Source: Alphaproteobacteria bacterium (GTDB lineage: Bacteria; Pseudomonadota; Alphaproteobacteria; GCA-2731375). Taken from it: a DNA stretch of 64,000 bases. Made by a program: the position numbers and the translations under genes. Shown here in pieces: positions 42,215 through 54,454 of the stretch; positions within the stretch are counted from its first letter, which is position 1, and each line of letters begins with the position of its first letter. The stretch lies in assembly GCA_965225945.1 (NCBI GenBank), contig CBDDBZ010000036.1, positions 128,001-192,000 of the forward strand, given 5' to 3'. Below the pieces are notes generated by a model. The model ran no database searches and had not been told where the DNA came from. It was given only the letters and a program-made list of their open reading frames with translations.

Positions 42215-44366
42215 ATGACGGTCGAGAGCAGATCGGGCCGACGTCGCGAAGGTGCCATCGGGGCAGCTTCGAGGTCCGTCTCCGCCTGGGCGCGAGGTCC
42301 GGGCTTGGTGATCGGGGCGCGGCTGGCGGCGGAGCGCGATCGTCTCGCGCTGTGGACGCCGGTGGCGATCGGTCTCGGCATCGCGGTCTATTTCGCCTTG
42401 CCGGCGGAGCCGAGCGATCACGTCGGTCCCGCGCTGCTGGCGCTCGCCGTCTTCGGGTTGCTGGTCAGCCGGTATCGAGGGCCGTTCCTGCTGCTGGCGC
42501 TTGGCTTCGGGGCGGCGGCGGTCGGCTTCCAGGCGGCCGCTTGGCGCACCGCCTGGGTCGCGGCGCCGGTGCTCGAGAAAGACATCGGGCCGACATGGGT
42601 CACCGGGCGGATCGTGGAGACCTCGATCAAGGGGCGGGGCTGGCGGCTCGTTCTCGACCAACTGGAGATTCCCCGTCTCGATCCGGCGCGTGTCCCGGCG
42701 CGCGCGCGGATCTAAGGTCTGGAGCCTCGGTGACGCGCCCGTCCGGGTCGGCGATTCCGTGCGTCTCCTGGCGAAACTGATGCCGCCATCGGGACCGGCC
42801 GCGCCGGGCGCTCACGACTTCGCCCGCGCCGCCTACTACCAGCGATTGGGCGCGGTCGGCTTCGCCCTGTCGTCGCCCGAGCGTTCGGCCCTCGGCGAGG
42901 CGAGCCGGTGGGATTGGCGGATCCACGTGGCCGCCTGGCGGGAGGCGATCTCGGCCCGGGTGCGAGACGCCCTCCCGGGCGCGCCGGGTGCCGTCGCCGC
43001 GGCCCTGATGACCGGCGATCGCGGCGCCATCGCCGAATCCGTCCTGAAAGATCTCCGCAATTCCGGTCTCGCCCATCTCCTCGCCATATCGGGGCTGCAC
43101 ATCGGCTTGATCGCGGCGGTGCTGTTTTTCGCCAGCCGCGCCGGCCTGGCGCTGATCGAGCCCTTGGCGCTCTGTCGGCCGATCAAGAAATGGGCGGCGC
43201 TGATCGCCCTCGTCGGCGCCTTCGGCTATCTCGTCCCCACCGGAGCGACGGTGCCGACGCAGCGTGCCTTCGTGATGACCGCCTTGGTGCTGATCGCGGT
43301 GCTGATGGATCGACGGGCGATTTCGATGCGGCTCGTCGCGTGGGCGGCGGCGCTGGTCCTGCTGTCGGCGCCGGAAAGCCTGCTTTCGGTCAGCTTCCAG
43401 ATGTCCTTCGCCGCGGTCGTGGCCTTGATCGCGGGCTACGAGACTCTCGGTCCGCGATTCTCAGCGTGGCGCGCGGGCGGCGGGCCGGGCCGGAGAATAC
43501 CGCTCTACGTCGCCGGCGTCGCGCTCACGACGGTCATCGCGAGCCTCGCCACCGCGCCCTTCGCCGCCTATCACTTCAATCGCATCGCCCATTTCGGCCT
43601 TCTGGCGAACCTCCTCGCCGTGCCGACCATGGCGCTCTGGATCATGCCCTGGGCGGTGCTGACCTATGTCGTGATGCCGCTCGGCCTCGAGGCCGCGCTG
43701 CTCGCCATGATGGGCTTGGGCATCGAGGCGGTCCTGGCGACGGCGCGGACCGTCGCCGAATTGCCGAACGCCACGAGCCAAGTCGCCTCGATGGCGCCGT
43801 TCACGCTGGCGCTCACCGCTCTCGGCGGCCTTTGGCTCTGCCTCTGGCGTGGCAGATGGCGCCTGTTCGGCCTCGGTGCGGTTCTGATCGCTTTCCTCGC
43901 GGTCCCGTTCTCGCGGCCGCCGGACATTCTGATCGACGGGCAGGGCAAAATCGTCGCGCTCAGGGACGAGGCGGGCCGAGTGCACCTTTCCATGCGGCGG
44001 GTCAAGGGATACGTGCCGTCCGTCTGGCTTCGCCGCGCGGGCGAGGCGGCGTTCCACCACGATGCCTGGCGTTGTGACGGGCTCGGCTGTATCGCGCGGC
44101 TAAAGACGCGGCGGATCGCTCATGTCTGGGACGCGCGTGCCTTGCACGAAGACTGTACCCTCGTCGCCATCGTCCTCAGCAGGACACCCGTTCGCGACTG
44201 CCCGGGCCCGCAAATCGTGCTCGATCGATTCGCTCTCTGGCGCGAGGGACCGCATGCCATTTGGCTGGAGGAGGGCGGCGCGCGCGTCGTCTCGAGCGCC
44301 GCCGTGCGAGGCGACTGGCCCTGGGTGCCGAAACGCGCCCGGGGTGGGCGCCGGGGAACTCAATAG
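42215..44366 (+). CDS. comEC: ComEC/Rec2 competence channel with a +1 frameshift near 42713
   Basis: N-terminal half ([14 protein letters not shown]) stops at TAA 42713-5; continues in another frame with [44 protein letters not shown]. Confidence 0.88.
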
Positions 44367-45049
44367 CGGCGAATGAGGCCGACCAGACGGCCCTGGATGT
44401 GAACGCGGTCGGGCGGGAAAATACGGGTCTCGTAGGCTTGGTTGGCGGGCTCCAGCGCGACCGAATTGCCCCGCCGGCGCAGCCGCTTCAGCGTCGCCTC
44501 CTCCCGATCCACGAGGGCGACCACGATGGTTCCGTTCTCCGCCGTCTCGCACCGCTCGATGATCGCGGTATCGCCATCCAGAATGCCGGCTTCCAGCATC
44601 GAATCGCCGGCCACTTCCAGCGCGAAATGCTCGCCCCCGCCCAGCATGCCGGCCGGCAGGGTGATCGAACTCGACGGATCGCTCAACGCCTCGATCGGCA
44701 TGCCGGCGGCGATCCGGCCAAATAGCGGTATACTCACGAAGTCGTCGTCGATGTCCCGCGCCCGGGAAGTGCCATCGTTGCGCCCCCCTTCCACCACGCT
44801 CGGTCGGAAGCCGCGACGCAATTGCGGCACCACCGCCGCCGGCAGCTTGATCACCTCCAACGCCCGCGCCCGGTGCGCCAAGCGGCGGATGAAACCGCGT
44901 TCGTCCAGCGCCGTGATGAGGCGATGAATGCCACTTTTCGACTTGAGGCCGAGGGCGGTCTTCATTTCGTCGAACGACGGCGAAATCCCCTTGTCGCGCA
45001 AGTGTTTGTCGATGAAGACGAGAAGTTCGTGCTGCTTTTTGGTCAACAT
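44360..45049 (-). CDS. lexA: SOS repressor LexA
   Basis: [37 protein letters not shown] cleavage site, GDSM, EATLKR. Confidence 0.97.
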   Translation of the reverse strand: MLTKKQHELLVFIDKHLRDKGISPSFDEMKTALGLKSKSGIHRLITALDERGFIRRLAHRARALEVIKLPAAVVPQLRRGFRPSVVEGGRNDGTSRARDIDDDFVSIPLFGRIAAGMPIEALSDPSSSITLPAGMLGGGEHFALEVAGDSMLEAGILDGDTAIIERCETAENGTIVVALVDREEATLKRLRRRGNSVALEPANQAYETRIFPPDRVHIQGRLVGLIRRY

Positions 45050-45085
45050 CTTGTCACCTGCCCCCTGTCGCTTGCACAAGATATG

Positions 45086-45134
45086 GAACAAATCCGAAAC
45101 GTTCACTGATGTTCTAGTTTGGTTCCGGTCGTTC
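45086..45134. promoter_or_regulatory. Alphaproteobacterial LexA (SOS) boxes upstream of lexA
   Basis: Perfect GTTC-N7-GTTC at 45111-45125; GAAC-N7-AAAC at 45086-45100; extra GTTC at 45101 and 45131. Confidence 0.85.
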
Positions 45135-45192
45135 GTCAAGGGGGAAATCGGCCTCAGCCCCGAATTTTTGCCGCCGCACCGCGGGCGGCCGG

Positions 45193-46410
45193 TCAGATCC
45201 CGCCGAACTCGGCCCCCAGCGGCACGATCTCCACCACCTCGCCCGCCGTTGCGGCCGGAGCGTGGGGCGCGCGCACCACCAGGCAGTCGGCGCGGGCGAG
45301 AGCGGAGAGCATCGACGAATCCTGCTGCCCGAAGGGCGTCGCCACCAGGGCCCCCGCCTCGTCCCTATGCAGTTCGGCGCGCAGATAGTCCTCGCGCCGG
45401 TCGTTGGCCGCGAGATCGCGGCCGAGCCGGGCCGTCGCGCGGGCATCGGCCGTCGGTTCCAAGCCCAACATGGCGCGGATCGCCGGGCGCAGAAAGATCA
45501 AGCCGCAGACCAGCGAGGAGACGGGATTTCCCGGCAAGCCCAACATCACCGTGCGATCCAGGCGGCCGAACATCAGCGGCTTTCCGGGCCGCATCGCGAT
45601 CCGCCAGAAATCGAGCTCGAGACCTCGCCTCGATAGCGCGTCGCGCACCAGGTCGTGATCGCCGACCGAGGCGCCCCCCAAGGTCACGAGCATGTCGGCG
45701 CCCACCGCGCCGTCGACCAGACGGTCGATCGAGGCCTCGTCGTCGCGCGCGATGCCGAGATCCAGCGCCTCCCCACCGCTGCCCTGGATCAAGCTGGCGA
45801 GGGCGAGGGTGTTGGAGCTGACGATCTGGTTGTCGGCGATCGGCTCGCCCGGTCGGACGATCTCGTCGCCGGTCGCCAAGAGCCCCACCCGGGGGCGCCG
45901 GCGGACCACCAGCCAGGGCACGTTCATCGCCGCCGCGAGCCCGATGTCGCGCGCGCCGAGGCGGGTGCCCGTGCTCAAGCCCACGGTGCCGGCGCTGAAA
46001 TCCAATCCGGCGGGGCGGATATAGCTACCAGCCTCGACGCTCTCGCTGATTTCCACCACGCCCCCGGTGACGGTCTCGGTGTTTTCCTGGATGACGATGG
46101 CGTCAGCGCCCGCCGGCACCGGCGCCCCGGTGAAGATGCGCACCGCCTCTCCGGGGCCGAGCGCGCCGTCGTGGGCAGCGCCCGCCGGCGCCTCACCAAC
46201 GACCCGCAGGCGCGCCGGCACCGTGGCGACATCCGCCGCTCGGACGGCATAACCGTCCATTGCCGAGACGTCCTTGGGCGGCTGCGTCACGCGGGCGGTC
46301 ACGTCTTCCGCGAGTGCCCGGCCATGGGCGTGCGCCAGATCGACGACTTCCCTCGGCGTGCGTCCGAGGGGGGCCAGAATGCGCGCGCGCGCTTCCGAGA
46401 CGGAAATCAT
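45193..46410 (-). CDS. moeA: Molybdopterin molybdotransferase
   Basis: [59 protein letters not shown]. Confidence 0.95.
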   Translation of the reverse strand: MISVSEARARILAPLGRTPREVVDLAHAHGRALAEDVTARVTQPPKDVSAMDGYAVRAADVATVPARLRVVGEAPAGAAHDGALGPGEAVRIFTGAPVPAGADAIVIQENTETVTGGVVEISESVEAGSYIRPAGLDFSAGTVGLSTGTRLGARDIGLAAAMNVPWLVVRRRPRVGLLATGDEIVRPGEPIADNQIVSSNTLALASLIQGSGGEALDLGIARDDEASIDRLVDGAVGADMLVTLGGASVGDHDLVRDALSRRGLELDFWRIAMRPGKPLMFGRLDRTVMLGLPGNPVSSLVCGLIFLRPAIRAMLGLEPTADARATARLGRDLAANDRREDYLRAELHRDEAGALVATPFGQQDSSMLSALARADCLVVRAPHAPAATAGEVVEIVPLGAEFGGI

Positions 46411-46419
46411 CCAAACACT

Positions 46420-46896
46420 CTATTTCGCATTGTAATCGTCTGATTTTCCGCCAGATTTGTGCGTCAGGCGAATGGCGTCGATCCGCATGCCCCGGTCCAC
46501 GGCCTTGCACATGTCGTAGATCGTCAAGGCGGCGACCGAAACCGCCGTGAGCGCTTCCATCTCGACCCCGGTCCGCCCCGTGGTCTTGACCGTGGCCTCG
46601 ATCGAGACCGCTTCGCCGCCGGCTTCCGGCGCCAGCGCCAGCTCGATCGAGGCGAGCGAGAGCGGATGGCAGAGCGGGATCAGATCGGCCGTCCGCTTCG
46701 CCGCCATGATGCCGGCGAGGCGCGCCACTTGGAACACGTCCCCCTTGGCGATGCCGCCCTTGGCGATCCGGGCGAGCGTCGCCGCCGCCATTTCGACCCG
46801 TCCCCTGGCGACGGCGATGCGGGCGCTCTCGGCTTTTTCGGAAACGTCGACCATGCGGGCGTTGCCGGCATCGTCGAAATGCGTGAGATCGCTCAC
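46420..46896 (-). CDS. moaC: Cyclic pyranopterin monophosphate synthase
   Basis: [56 protein letters not shown]. Confidence 0.96.
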   Translation of the reverse strand: MSDLTHFDDAGNARMVDVSEKAESARIAVARGRVEMAAATLARIAKGGIAKGDVFQVARLAGIMAAKRTADLIPLCHPLSLASIELALAPEAGGEAVSIEATVKTTGRTGVEMEALTAVSVAALTIYDMCKAVDRGMRIDAIRLTHKSGGKSDDYNAK

Positions 46897-47717
46897 GAAT
46901 TCACCTCCAGGGCTCGCTCGCCGGCCGGCGGGGCCAGCAGGGCACGGGTCGCGGCCGCCACATCCGTTTGCCGCATCAAGGATTCGCCGACCAGGAAGCC
47001 CCGGTAACCGGCCCGCGCCATCCGCGCCAAGTCCTGGGGACCGTCGAGGCCGCTTTCACTGACGCGGAAGGCCGCGTTCGGCATCCGCGCCGCCAGCGTC
47101 TCCGAAGTCGCGAGATCGACCGCGAGGGTCTGGAGGTTCCGGTTGTTGACGCCGACGAGACGGCTGTTCAACCGAAGGGCACGATCCAGCTCCTCGCCGT
47201 CGTGCACCTCGACCAGCACGTCCATTGCCCAGGCTTCCGCCTCGGCTTCCATCTCGGCCGCCGGCCCGTCGGCAAGCGCCGCCATGATCAATAGGATGCA
47301 GTCGGCGCCGAGGGCACGGGCTTCCGCGACCTGGTAGGGATCGACCATGAAGTCCTTGCGCAACACCGGCAGCCCGACAGCCTCGCGGGCGGCGGTCAAA
47401 TAGGCGTCCTCACCCTGGAAATATGGCGGGTCGGTCAGCACCGAAAGGCAAGTGGCGCCACCCGCCTCAAAGGCCCGGGCGAGCCTCGGCGGATCGAAAT
47501 CGGCCCGGATCAACCCCTTGGAGGGCGAGGCCTTCTTGATCTCGGCGATCAGCGCCGGGCGACCCTGCGCCGCCGTCGCCTCCAGCCGGGCGCGGAAACC
47601 CCGAGGCGGCGGCGCGACCCGGGCCGCCCGCTCGACCTCGGCGAGGGGACGATCGCGGCGCCGGGCCGCGACATGGGCCCGCTTGGCCTCGCAAATCTCG
47701 TCGAGCACGGTGCTCAT
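46893..47717 (-). CDS. trpC: Indole-3-glycerol phosphate synthase
   Basis: [52 protein letters not shown]. Confidence 0.96.
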   Translation of the reverse strand: MSTVLDEICEAKRAHVAARRRDRPLAEVERAARVAPPPRGFRARLEATAAQGRPALIAEIKKASPSKGLIRADFDPPRLARAFEAGGATCLSVLTDPPYFQGEDAYLTAAREAVGLPVLRKDFMVDPYQVAEARALGADCILLIMAALADGPAAEMEAEAEAWAMDVLVEVHDGEELDRALRLNSRLVGVNNRNLQTLAVDLATSETLAARMPNAAFRVSESGLDGPQDLARMARAGYRGFLVGESLMRQTDVAAATRALLAPPAGERALEVNS

Positions 47718-48754
47718 TGCGGGCTCTCGGCGCGATTGGTGATCTCCACCAGGCGGTCGAGGCAAATTTGCGCGCGCCCGGCATCGATCGCCTCGGCCGC
47801 GATGGCGACACCGTCGCACAAATTTTCGGTGCGTTCGGCGATCAATAGGGCGGCCGCGGCATTGTAGAGCGCTGCGTCGCGAAAGGCGCCGGCCTCGCCT
47901 TCGAGGAGGTTGCGAAGCGCCGCCGCGTTCGCCTCCGGAACGCCGCCCTTGATCGCCTCCAGCTCGTGCACCGGGAGGCCCGCCGCTTCGGGCGAGATCT
48001 CGAACTCGCGGATTTCGCCCTCCTCGAGCGCCGCGACGTGCGAGGGGCCGGTCGGCGTCAGCTCGTCGCTGCCGTCGCCGCCGTGCACCACCCAGACCCG
48101 CTGCGCGCCTAATTCGCGCATGGTTTCGGCCATCGGGCGGACCCAGTGACGCGCGAAGGTGCCGATCAGCAGCCGCTTGACGCCCGCGGGATTGGACATC
48201 GGTCCGAGCAAATTGAAGATGGTGCGGGTGCCGAGTTCCACCCGGGCGCCGGCGACGTTGCGCATCGCGCCGTGATGGCGCGGGGCCAGCATGAAACAGA
48301 TTCCGGCCTCCCACACCGCCTCGCGCACGAGCGCCATGTCGGCGTCCAGATTTACGCCGAGATGGCTCAGCACGTCGGCCGCGCCGGTCTTGGAGGAAAG
48401 CGCGCGGTTGCCGTGCTTCGCCACCGGCAGGCCGCAGGCCGCCGTCACCAGCGCCGAGGCGGTCGAAATGTTGAGGGTGCCGATCCCGTCGCCACCGGTG
48501 CCGACGATGTCGATCGCATCGTCTGGCGCCTCGATCCGGGTCATCTTGGCGCGCATGGTCATGGCACCGCCGGTGATTTCCGCCACGCTTTCGCCGCGCA
48601 CGCGAAGCGCCATCAGGAAGCCGCCCATCTGCGCCGGTGTCGCGTCGCCCGACATCATGATGTCGAAGGCACGGTTCGCCTCCTCGACGCTCAATGTGGC
48701 GCCGTCGGCGACACGGGCGATCAAGGCCCTGAAGTCGGTTTGCTGCTCCGCCAC
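47714..48754 (-). CDS. trpD: Anthranilate phosphoribosyltransferase
   Basis: [45 protein letters not shown]; GTG start approximate. Confidence 0.95.
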   Translation of the reverse strand: MAEQQTDFRALIARVADGATLSVEEANRAFDIMMSGDATPAQMGGFLMALRVRGESVAEITGGAMTMRAKMTRIEAPDDAIDIVGTGGDGIGTLNISTASALVTAACGLPVAKHGNRALSSKTGAADVLSHLGVNLDADMALVREAVWEAGICFMLAPRHHGAMRNVAGARVELGTRTIFNLLGPMSNPAGVKRLLIGTFARHWVRPMAETMRELGAQRVWVVHGGDGSDELTPTGPSHVAALEEGEIREFEISPEAAGLPVHELEAIKGGVPEANAAALRNLLEGEAGAFRDAALYNAAAALLIAERTENLCDGVAIAAEAIDAGRAQICLDRLVEITNRAESPQ

Positions 48755-48982
48755 GACCCACCTCTCCGATGGACGTCGCGCGCGCCCGCCGCGCCGCGCC
48801 CTGCCCATATATACGCCACCGCCAAGCATCGCGCGACGGGGCAATTCGCGCCGCCGAGTTTTGCCGAAGGTTGGATCGAAAGGGCGCAAGCCCCAACCGA
48901 GGCGCGCTCGCGGCAACGTCCTGGCTCGCGTTCCGGTCCCTCTGTATAGTCCGGTCGAGTCGTTGGCAAGCAGGCGCGGGCG

Positions 48983-50185
48983 ATGCAACAGGACGTCATC
49001 GGCAAGTCGGCGCTCATCGCGCTTGCCGGCTTCATGACCAGCGTCGTCATCGTGGCGGGAGGCGTGATTGTGGCCCCCCCCTCGGAGATGGAGCGGCCGC
49101 GCGAGCTACCGGCGCCCGCCGCGCCGCGCCCCACCGAGGTCGCTGCCGCGCCAGCCCCACTCGCCACGCCGGAGGTCGCGCGGGAGCGGGCGGGCATCGA
49201 CGATGCGGTGGAGCCCTGGCCCTCGTTGCTGGCCTCGGTCAGGGGCCCGAGGGAGCTCGAGGGGCGGGTCCTGGCGCCGCGTCCGGCACTGAAATCCGCT
49301 GGCGTCGTCGCCAAGGCGCCCGCCGCGCCGAAGCCCAGCTCACCGAAGTCCGAAACGACCACGCGGCTCGCCGCCGTGGCGCCGAGCCGCGACGCGGATC
49401 CAGCGAGAGCATCTTCGGGGCGGCGCACGGCGCCCCGCGACGTTCCCGCCGGCCCGCCCGGCGTGCCGCCTTGGCGCCGCTACGCGGCCTTGCCTCCGAG
49501 CGACGACAGCCGTCCGATGATCGTCGTGATCATTGACGATCTGGGCCTCAACGCCGGGCGCATGCGCCGGGCGATGGCCTTGCCGAAACCGATGACGCTG
49601 GCGGTTCTGCCCTATGGCGACGAGGTCGCGCGGCTTGCCGGGCTCGCCCGCCAGGCCGGCCACGAGGTGCTGCTGCACCTGCCGATGGAGCCGCATTCAC
49701 GGCGCGAGAATCCCGGTCCGAATGCGCTTCTGGTCGATCTCGATCCGGGCGAGGTGGCGCGTCGGATCGAGTGGAACCTCGACCGTTTCGCCGGCTATGT
49801 CGGCGTCAACAACCATATGGGTAGTCGTTTCACGGAACGTTGGGACAAGCTCGACCCCTTGATGCGTCGCCTCAGGTCGCGGGGCCTGCTATTCGTCGAT
49901 TCGGTGACCTCCGTCAACTCCGTCGCCGGCGAGGCGGCGCGGAGCTACGGCATCCCCACGGTCTCGCGCGACGTCTTCATCGACCATGTGATCGATCGCC
50001 GCAGTATCGAGGCACAGCTTCGCCGGGTGGAGCGGGTGGCGCGCCGGCGGGGCCAGGCGATCGCCTTGGGCCATCCCCACCGCGAGACCTTGGAGGCGCT
50101 CGAGCGCTGGTTGCCGAGCCTGCGGGCGAAGGGTTTTTCGCTGGCGCCGGTGAGTGCCGTCGTCGCCCGGCGGAGAACGGGATAG
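48983..50185 (+). CDS. Divergent polysaccharide deacetylase family (YibQ-like) protein
   Basis: N-terminal anchor, Pro-rich linker, [42 protein letters not shown]. Confidence 0.92.
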   Translation: MQQDVIGKSALIALAGFMTSVVIVAGGVIVAPPSEMERPRELPAPAAPRPTEVAAAPAPLATPEVARERAGIDDAVEPWPSLLASVRGPRELEGRVLAPRPALKSAGVVAKAPAAPKPSSPKSETTTRLAAVAPSRDADPARASSGRRTAPRDVPAGPPGVPPWRRYAALPPSDDSRPMIVVIIDDLGLNAGRMRRAMALPKPMTLAVLPYGDEVARLAGLARQAGHEVLLHLPMEPHSRRENPGPNALLVDLDPGEVARRIEWNLDRFAGYVGVNNHMGSRFTERWDKLDPLMRRLRSRGLLFVDSVTSVNSVAGEAARSYGIPTVSRDVFIDHVIDRRSIEAQLRRVERVARRRGQAIALGHPHRETLEALERWLPSLRAKGFSLAPVSAVVARRRTG

Positions 50186-50190
50186 GCGCG

Positions 50191-51534
50191 GTGTCCCGGG
50201 CCGGCCGTATCGCTGAAAGCAATTCCGACTGGACGGATGCTGCTCTAGCGGCCGGGCTCGCGGCGGCTTTCCTCTGGATTTTTCCAAGCCTCGCACAAGA
50301 CCTCGGGACCGCGAGCACCGTCGAGGGGCTGCGCTGGGTCGACCCCGGGACGGGCCGGATCGGCGTGGTGGAGCGACCCCGGCGATATCTGGCCGACGTG
50401 GTCCGGGGTGGTCGCCTCTCCAACCTGGCGCGACTGGGTGAGCTCGCCTTTCGCCAGCCGGGCGTGCTCGGGGGCGAGGCCCGTCTCGCCGCGCTCTCCT
50501 GCGCGACGTGTCATCCGAACGGCGGCGCCAATACCGATTTTCTGGTGCCCGGGCTCTCCGACAAACCCGGCAACGTCGACGTCACACATAGGCTCTTCGC
50601 CGACTTTCTCGACGACGGGCGCTTCAACCCGCTCAACATCCCGAGCCTGCGCGGGATCGCGGCGACGGCGCCTTACGGTCGTGACGGGCGGATTGCGAGC
50701 CTCCGCGAGTTCACCCGGCAAGTGATCGTGCAGGAGTTCATGGGCGAGGAGCCGGCGCCTTGGCTGCTGGATGCGCTGACCGCCTATCAGAATCAACTCG
50801 CCTTTCCACCGGCGCCAGACGGTGTGAGCGACGATTCGGCGATAGCGCGGGGGCGCGCGCTCTTCCGGCGGCCGTTCCCCGCGGCGCCGGGCTCGAGTTG
50901 CGCGGCCTGCCATCCCGCTGGCGCCGCCTTCCTGGACGGGCGGCGGCACGACGTCGGGACCGGGCGCCCCCCCGGGCACTTGTTCGACACGCCGAGCCTG
51001 CTGGGGCTCGCCGAGACGGCGCCCTATTTTCACGATGGACGGGCGCCGGACCTCGCGGCGGTGGTGACGCACTTCGATACCGCTTTCGCCCTCGCGCTGA
51101 CGAGGGGAGAAGTCGACGACCTGGTGGCCTATCTGGGCCACGTCGGCCGCGTGCCGGAGGCGAGGACGCCGATCATGCTCGAGCGCGAAGTCGGGCGGCT
51201 GTTGTCGTTCCTTCCGCTCCTCGATTGGGCGGGGAAGCGGGAGTTCGCGCAAATCGGCGGCTTCGTTTCGACCGCGCTCCGGCGGGAGGCCGGGTTGATT
51301 CACGCGCGGCTGCCACGTGCGGAGGGCGCGCGGACAATCCTGCTCGGCTGGTCCAGGGCTCTCCGCGCGATGCGGGAGCGTTTCGAGCGCCGCGACTTCA
51401 TCGCCGCCAGGCGCGCCTACCGGGGCCTGGCGGAAAAACTGTCGTCCGAGGCGAGGGGGGTGACGGCGGCCGCGCCGGGCTCGCTCTATCGAGACGGCGA
51501 AATCGAGGCGGAGCGCCAGCGTCGTCAGCGATAA
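50191..51534 (+). CDS. Di-heme cytochrome c (CcP/MauG-like) protein
   Basis: Two CxxCH motifs (CATCH, CAACH), IPSLRG..TAPYGRDGR, DTPSLLG..TAPYFHDG; start approximate. Confidence 0.8.
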   Translation: MSRAGRIAESNSDWTDAALAAGLAAAFLWIFPSLAQDLGTASTVEGLRWVDPGTGRIGVVERPRRYLADVVRGGRLSNLARLGELAFRQPGVLGGEARLAALSCATCHPNGGANTDFLVPGLSDKPGNVDVTHRLFADFLDDGRFNPLNIPSLRGIAATAPYGRDGRIASLREFTRQVIVQEFMGEEPAPWLLDALTAYQNQLAFPPAPDGVSDDSAIARGRALFRRPFPAAPGSSCAACHPAGAAFLDGRRHDVGTGRPPGHLFDTPSLLGLAETAPYFHDGRAPDLAAVVTHFDTAFALALTRGEVDDLVAYLGHVGRVPEARTPIMLEREVGRLLSFLPLLDWAGKREFAQIGGFVSTALRREAGLIHARLPRAEGARTILLGWSRALRAMRERFERRDFIAARRAYRGLAEKLSSEARGVTAAAPGSLYRDGEIEAERQRRQR

Positions 51535-53429
51535 TTCGGACTGTCGAAGATCGAGTTCAGGACGCGGTCGTTGACCTCGACGACATGGATCTTCTCCAGG
51601 CCGCGATTGAACTGCTCCAGCAGGTCGTCGGTCATCGATTGCTCGAGCCCCCGCGCCAGCGTCTTCAGCTCGTCGCCCGACTTGGCGAATTCCACTTCGA
51701 CCACGTCGAGGACGCGCACGACCACCTGCGCCTCGCCGCCGACCGCCCCGCCCTGGACCACGTCATCCAACTTCGCGGCGAAGACCTCGTCGACCACGCC
51801 GGGGGAAAGCCCGGCCGCGCGGCCCATTTGCCGCCGATCGAGCTTTTCGCGTTTGGCGACGCTCATCCCAGCGCCCTTGGCGAGGCTCGGGAGCGCTGCG
51901 CCACCCCGAGCCTTCCGGGCGAGTTCCTCGACCCGCTTTTCGGCCGCCGCGCGCCGCGCCTCCCGGGTCCAGTCGGCCAGCACGGACTCGCGAATTTCCG
52001 CCAGCCGGCGCGGCGCCGGCGGCTTGATGGCGTCGACCCGCACGGCATAATAGGCGCCGACGTCGGTCTCCTCGAGCCTCGGCTCCTCGCCGCGCTCGAT
52101 CGAGAACGCCTGTCGAAGGAGGCCGGGAATTCGGGGAATGGCGGCGACCGGCTTCCCGTCGGGACCCCGGCCGTTGGCGTCGACCTGGGCGACCTTGGTC
52201 ACTTTCAAATCCAGCTCGCCCGCCGTCTGCTCGAGCGTGGCCCCGCCGGCGAGCGCGTCCTCGACTTTGTTGGTGAGCTCGAAGAGCGCGTCGCCCGCCC
52301 GTTGCAGCCGAATCTCGCCCTCGATCCGCTTGGCCACCTCCTCGAAGCTCCGCACGCCGCCGGGGGTGAGTTTCGTCACCCGGAACAGGTACCAGCCGAA
52401 CGGACCTTGCACCGGCTGGGAAATCTCGCCCTCTTTCAAGGCCTGAATCGTGGCCTCGACCTCGCCCGGCAGATCGCCCTTGCGGACGGTGCCGAGCTTG
52501 ACCTGGCCCTCCCCGAGGCCCGCCATCTCCTTGGCCAACGCGAGGAAGTCGCCACCGGCGGCGAGTCGCTCCGAGATCTCGCGGGCCTTGTCCTCCGCTT
52601 GGACCCGGATCTGCTCGACCTCGCGCGCCTCCAGGACGGTGAATTCGTCGATGCGATTATCGTAACTCTCGCGGACCTCGCCTGCGGTGACGGAGACCAG
52701 CTCCAGGAGGTTCTCGGGCCGCAGGACCAGGAAGGAAAGGGTGCGATACTCCGGCGCGATGTAGCGGGTGAGGTGCGCCTCATGATAGCTCTCCAGCACA
52801 TCGTCGCCGGGTATCTGGGGCGCCGGCAGGGCGTCGTGCTTCAAGGTCAGGACCTCGACCGAGCGGCGCTGGCGCTGATGGCGCAGGATCGCCTCCACCA
52901 TCGCCTTCGGCGCGTGGCCGCCGAGGGTTACGGAATCGATGAGCTGCTGGAGGCGCAAATCGCTCCGCCGGTTCTGCAGAAAGAACGGCTCCGACATGCC
53001 GTTCTGCCGCAGGACCTGCTGGAATGTTTCGGCGTCGAACTGGCCGGTCGGCCCCTGGAAGGCGGGGTTGGTGGCGATCTCTCGGCGGATGACGTCGTCG
53101 GCGACGGCAAGGCCCAGATCGCGCGTCGCCTGGTCGTAGAGCGCGCGATTGACGAGGCTCCGTAGTGTCTCGTCGGCGAGGCCCATCTGGCGGGCCTGCT
53201 GAGCGTCCATGTTGCCGCCGAATTGGCGCTGCAAGCGCGAGAGGGCGTTGTTGAAGGCGGTCGTGAATTCGCCCTGGCCGATCTCGATGTCGCCGACCTC
53301 GGCCACCGCCGTGTCGGGGCTGACGCGGAAAATGTCGCCGATGCCCCAAACCGCGAAACTCAGGACGAGGACGCCGAGAAAGATCTTGACGATCCAGGTA
53401 CCGGCGCCGCGCCGCAAGGAATCCAGCAT
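51525..53429 (-). CDS. PpiD/SurA-like peptidyl-prolyl isomerase chaperone
   Basis: KIFLGVLVLSFAVWGIGDIF, VAEVG..EI, F.G.TGQFD, rotamase region ISQPVQGPFGW; divergent from tpiA. Confidence 0.88.
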   Translation of the reverse strand: MLDSLRRGAGTWIVKIFLGVLVLSFAVWGIGDIFRVSPDTAVAEVGDIEIGQGEFTTAFNNALSRLQRQFGGNMDAQQARQMGLADETLRSLVNRALYDQATRDLGLAVADDVIRREIATNPAFQGPTGQFDAETFQQVLRQNGMSEPFFLQNRRSDLRLQQLIDSVTLGGHAPKAMVEAILRHQRQRRSVEVLTLKHDALPAPQIPGDDVLESYHEAHLTRYIAPEYRTLSFLVLRPENLLELVSVTAGEVRESYDNRIDEFTVLEAREVEQIRVQAEDKAREISERLAAGGDFLALAKEMAGLGEGQVKLGTVRKGDLPGEVEATIQALKEGEISQPVQGPFGWYLFRVTKLTPGGVRSFEEVAKRIEGEIRLQRAGDALFELTNKVEDALAGGATLEQTAGELDLKVTKVAQVDANGRGPDGKPVAAIPRIPGLLRQAFSIERGEEPRLEETDVGAYYAVRVDAIKPPAPRRLAEIRESVLADWTREARRAAAEKRVEELARKARGGAALPSLAKGAGMSVAKREKLDRRQMGRAAGLSPGVVDEVFAAKLDDVVQGGAVGGEAQVVVRVLDVVEVEFAKSGDELKTLARGLEQSMTDDLLEQFNRGLEKIHVVEVNDRVLNSIFDSPNYR

Positions 53430-53599
53430 GATCTTATTGCTTCCCGTCGTCTCGTCGTCGGCCCCCGCCCAAAACCCCCGGCGAAGACGCCGCATCATAA
53501 ATAGGCCACCATTCGGGAACAAGCTGGCGAGCCCCCGAGGCCTCTGCTAAATGAGCCCCGGAACGACCGGCGTCAACGCTGGAAGAAGGGAGGCGGACC

Positions 53600-54358
53600 G
53601 TGGCCGAAATTCGCCCGCTGATCGCCGGGAACTGGAAGATGAACGGCGCGCGACGCCAAGCCCTCGCGGAGGTGCGAAAAGTGGCCCGCGCCCTGGCGCG
53701 GCGCAGCCGAGGCGAGGCGGAGGTATTGCTCTGTCCGCCCGCGATCCTCGTCCCCGTCCTGGCCGAAACGCTCGCCGCCGCCGGCATCCACGTCGGCGGC
53801 CAGGATTGCCACGCCCGGGAGGCGGGCGCCCATACCGGCGATCTGAGCGCCGAGATGTTGGCCGAGGCCGGCTGCGGCTATTGTCTCGTCGGCCATTCCG
53901 AGCGCCGGGCCGACCACGGCGAGACCGACGCGATGGTCCGCACCAAGGCGGCGGCGGCGCATCGCGCGGGTTTGGTCGCGATCGTGTGCGTCGGCGAGAC
54001 CAAGGCGGCTCGCCGCCGGGGCCAGGCGCTCGATGTCGTGGCGCGCCAGCTCTCCCGCTCGCTCCCGACGGCGTGCACCGCCACCGACACCGTCGTGGCT
54101 TACGAGCCGGTATGGGCGATCGGTACCGGCCTGGTGGCGACCGTGGCCGACGTGGCGGAGATGCATGCCATGATCCGCGCCCGTCTGCGCCGTCGCTTCC
54201 GGGGCGAGGGTGCGGCGATGCGAATCCTCTATGGCGGCTCGGTCAATGCCGGCAACGCGGCGGAACTGCTGTCGGTGGCGGAGGTGAACGGCGCCCTGGT
54301 CGGAGGCGCGAGCCTGACGGCCGAGGCCTTTCGGCCGATCATCAAGGCGGCGGGCTGA
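53600..54358 (+). CDS. tpiA: Triosephosphate isomerase
   Basis: [45 protein letters not shown]. Confidence 0.97.
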   Translation: MAEIRPLIAGNWKMNGARRQALAEVRKVARALARRSRGEAEVLLCPPAILVPVLAETLAAAGIHVGGQDCHAREAGAHTGDLSAEMLAEAGCGYCLVGHSERRADHGETDAMVRTKAAAAHRAGLVAIVCVGETKAARRRGQALDVVARQLSRSLPTACTATDTVVAYEPVWAIGTGLVATVADVAEMHAMIRARLRRRFRGEGAAMRILYGGSVNAGNAAELLSVAEVNGALVGGASLTAEAFRPIIKAAG

Positions 54359-54454
54359 GCGAAACGGTGGCACGACGGCGATGTCTGGTGTAAAAGCGGC
54401 GCCGCCGACCCTATCTATTCTGGGGTGCGCGGCGCAGCGGGCGGTAGAGCGACC

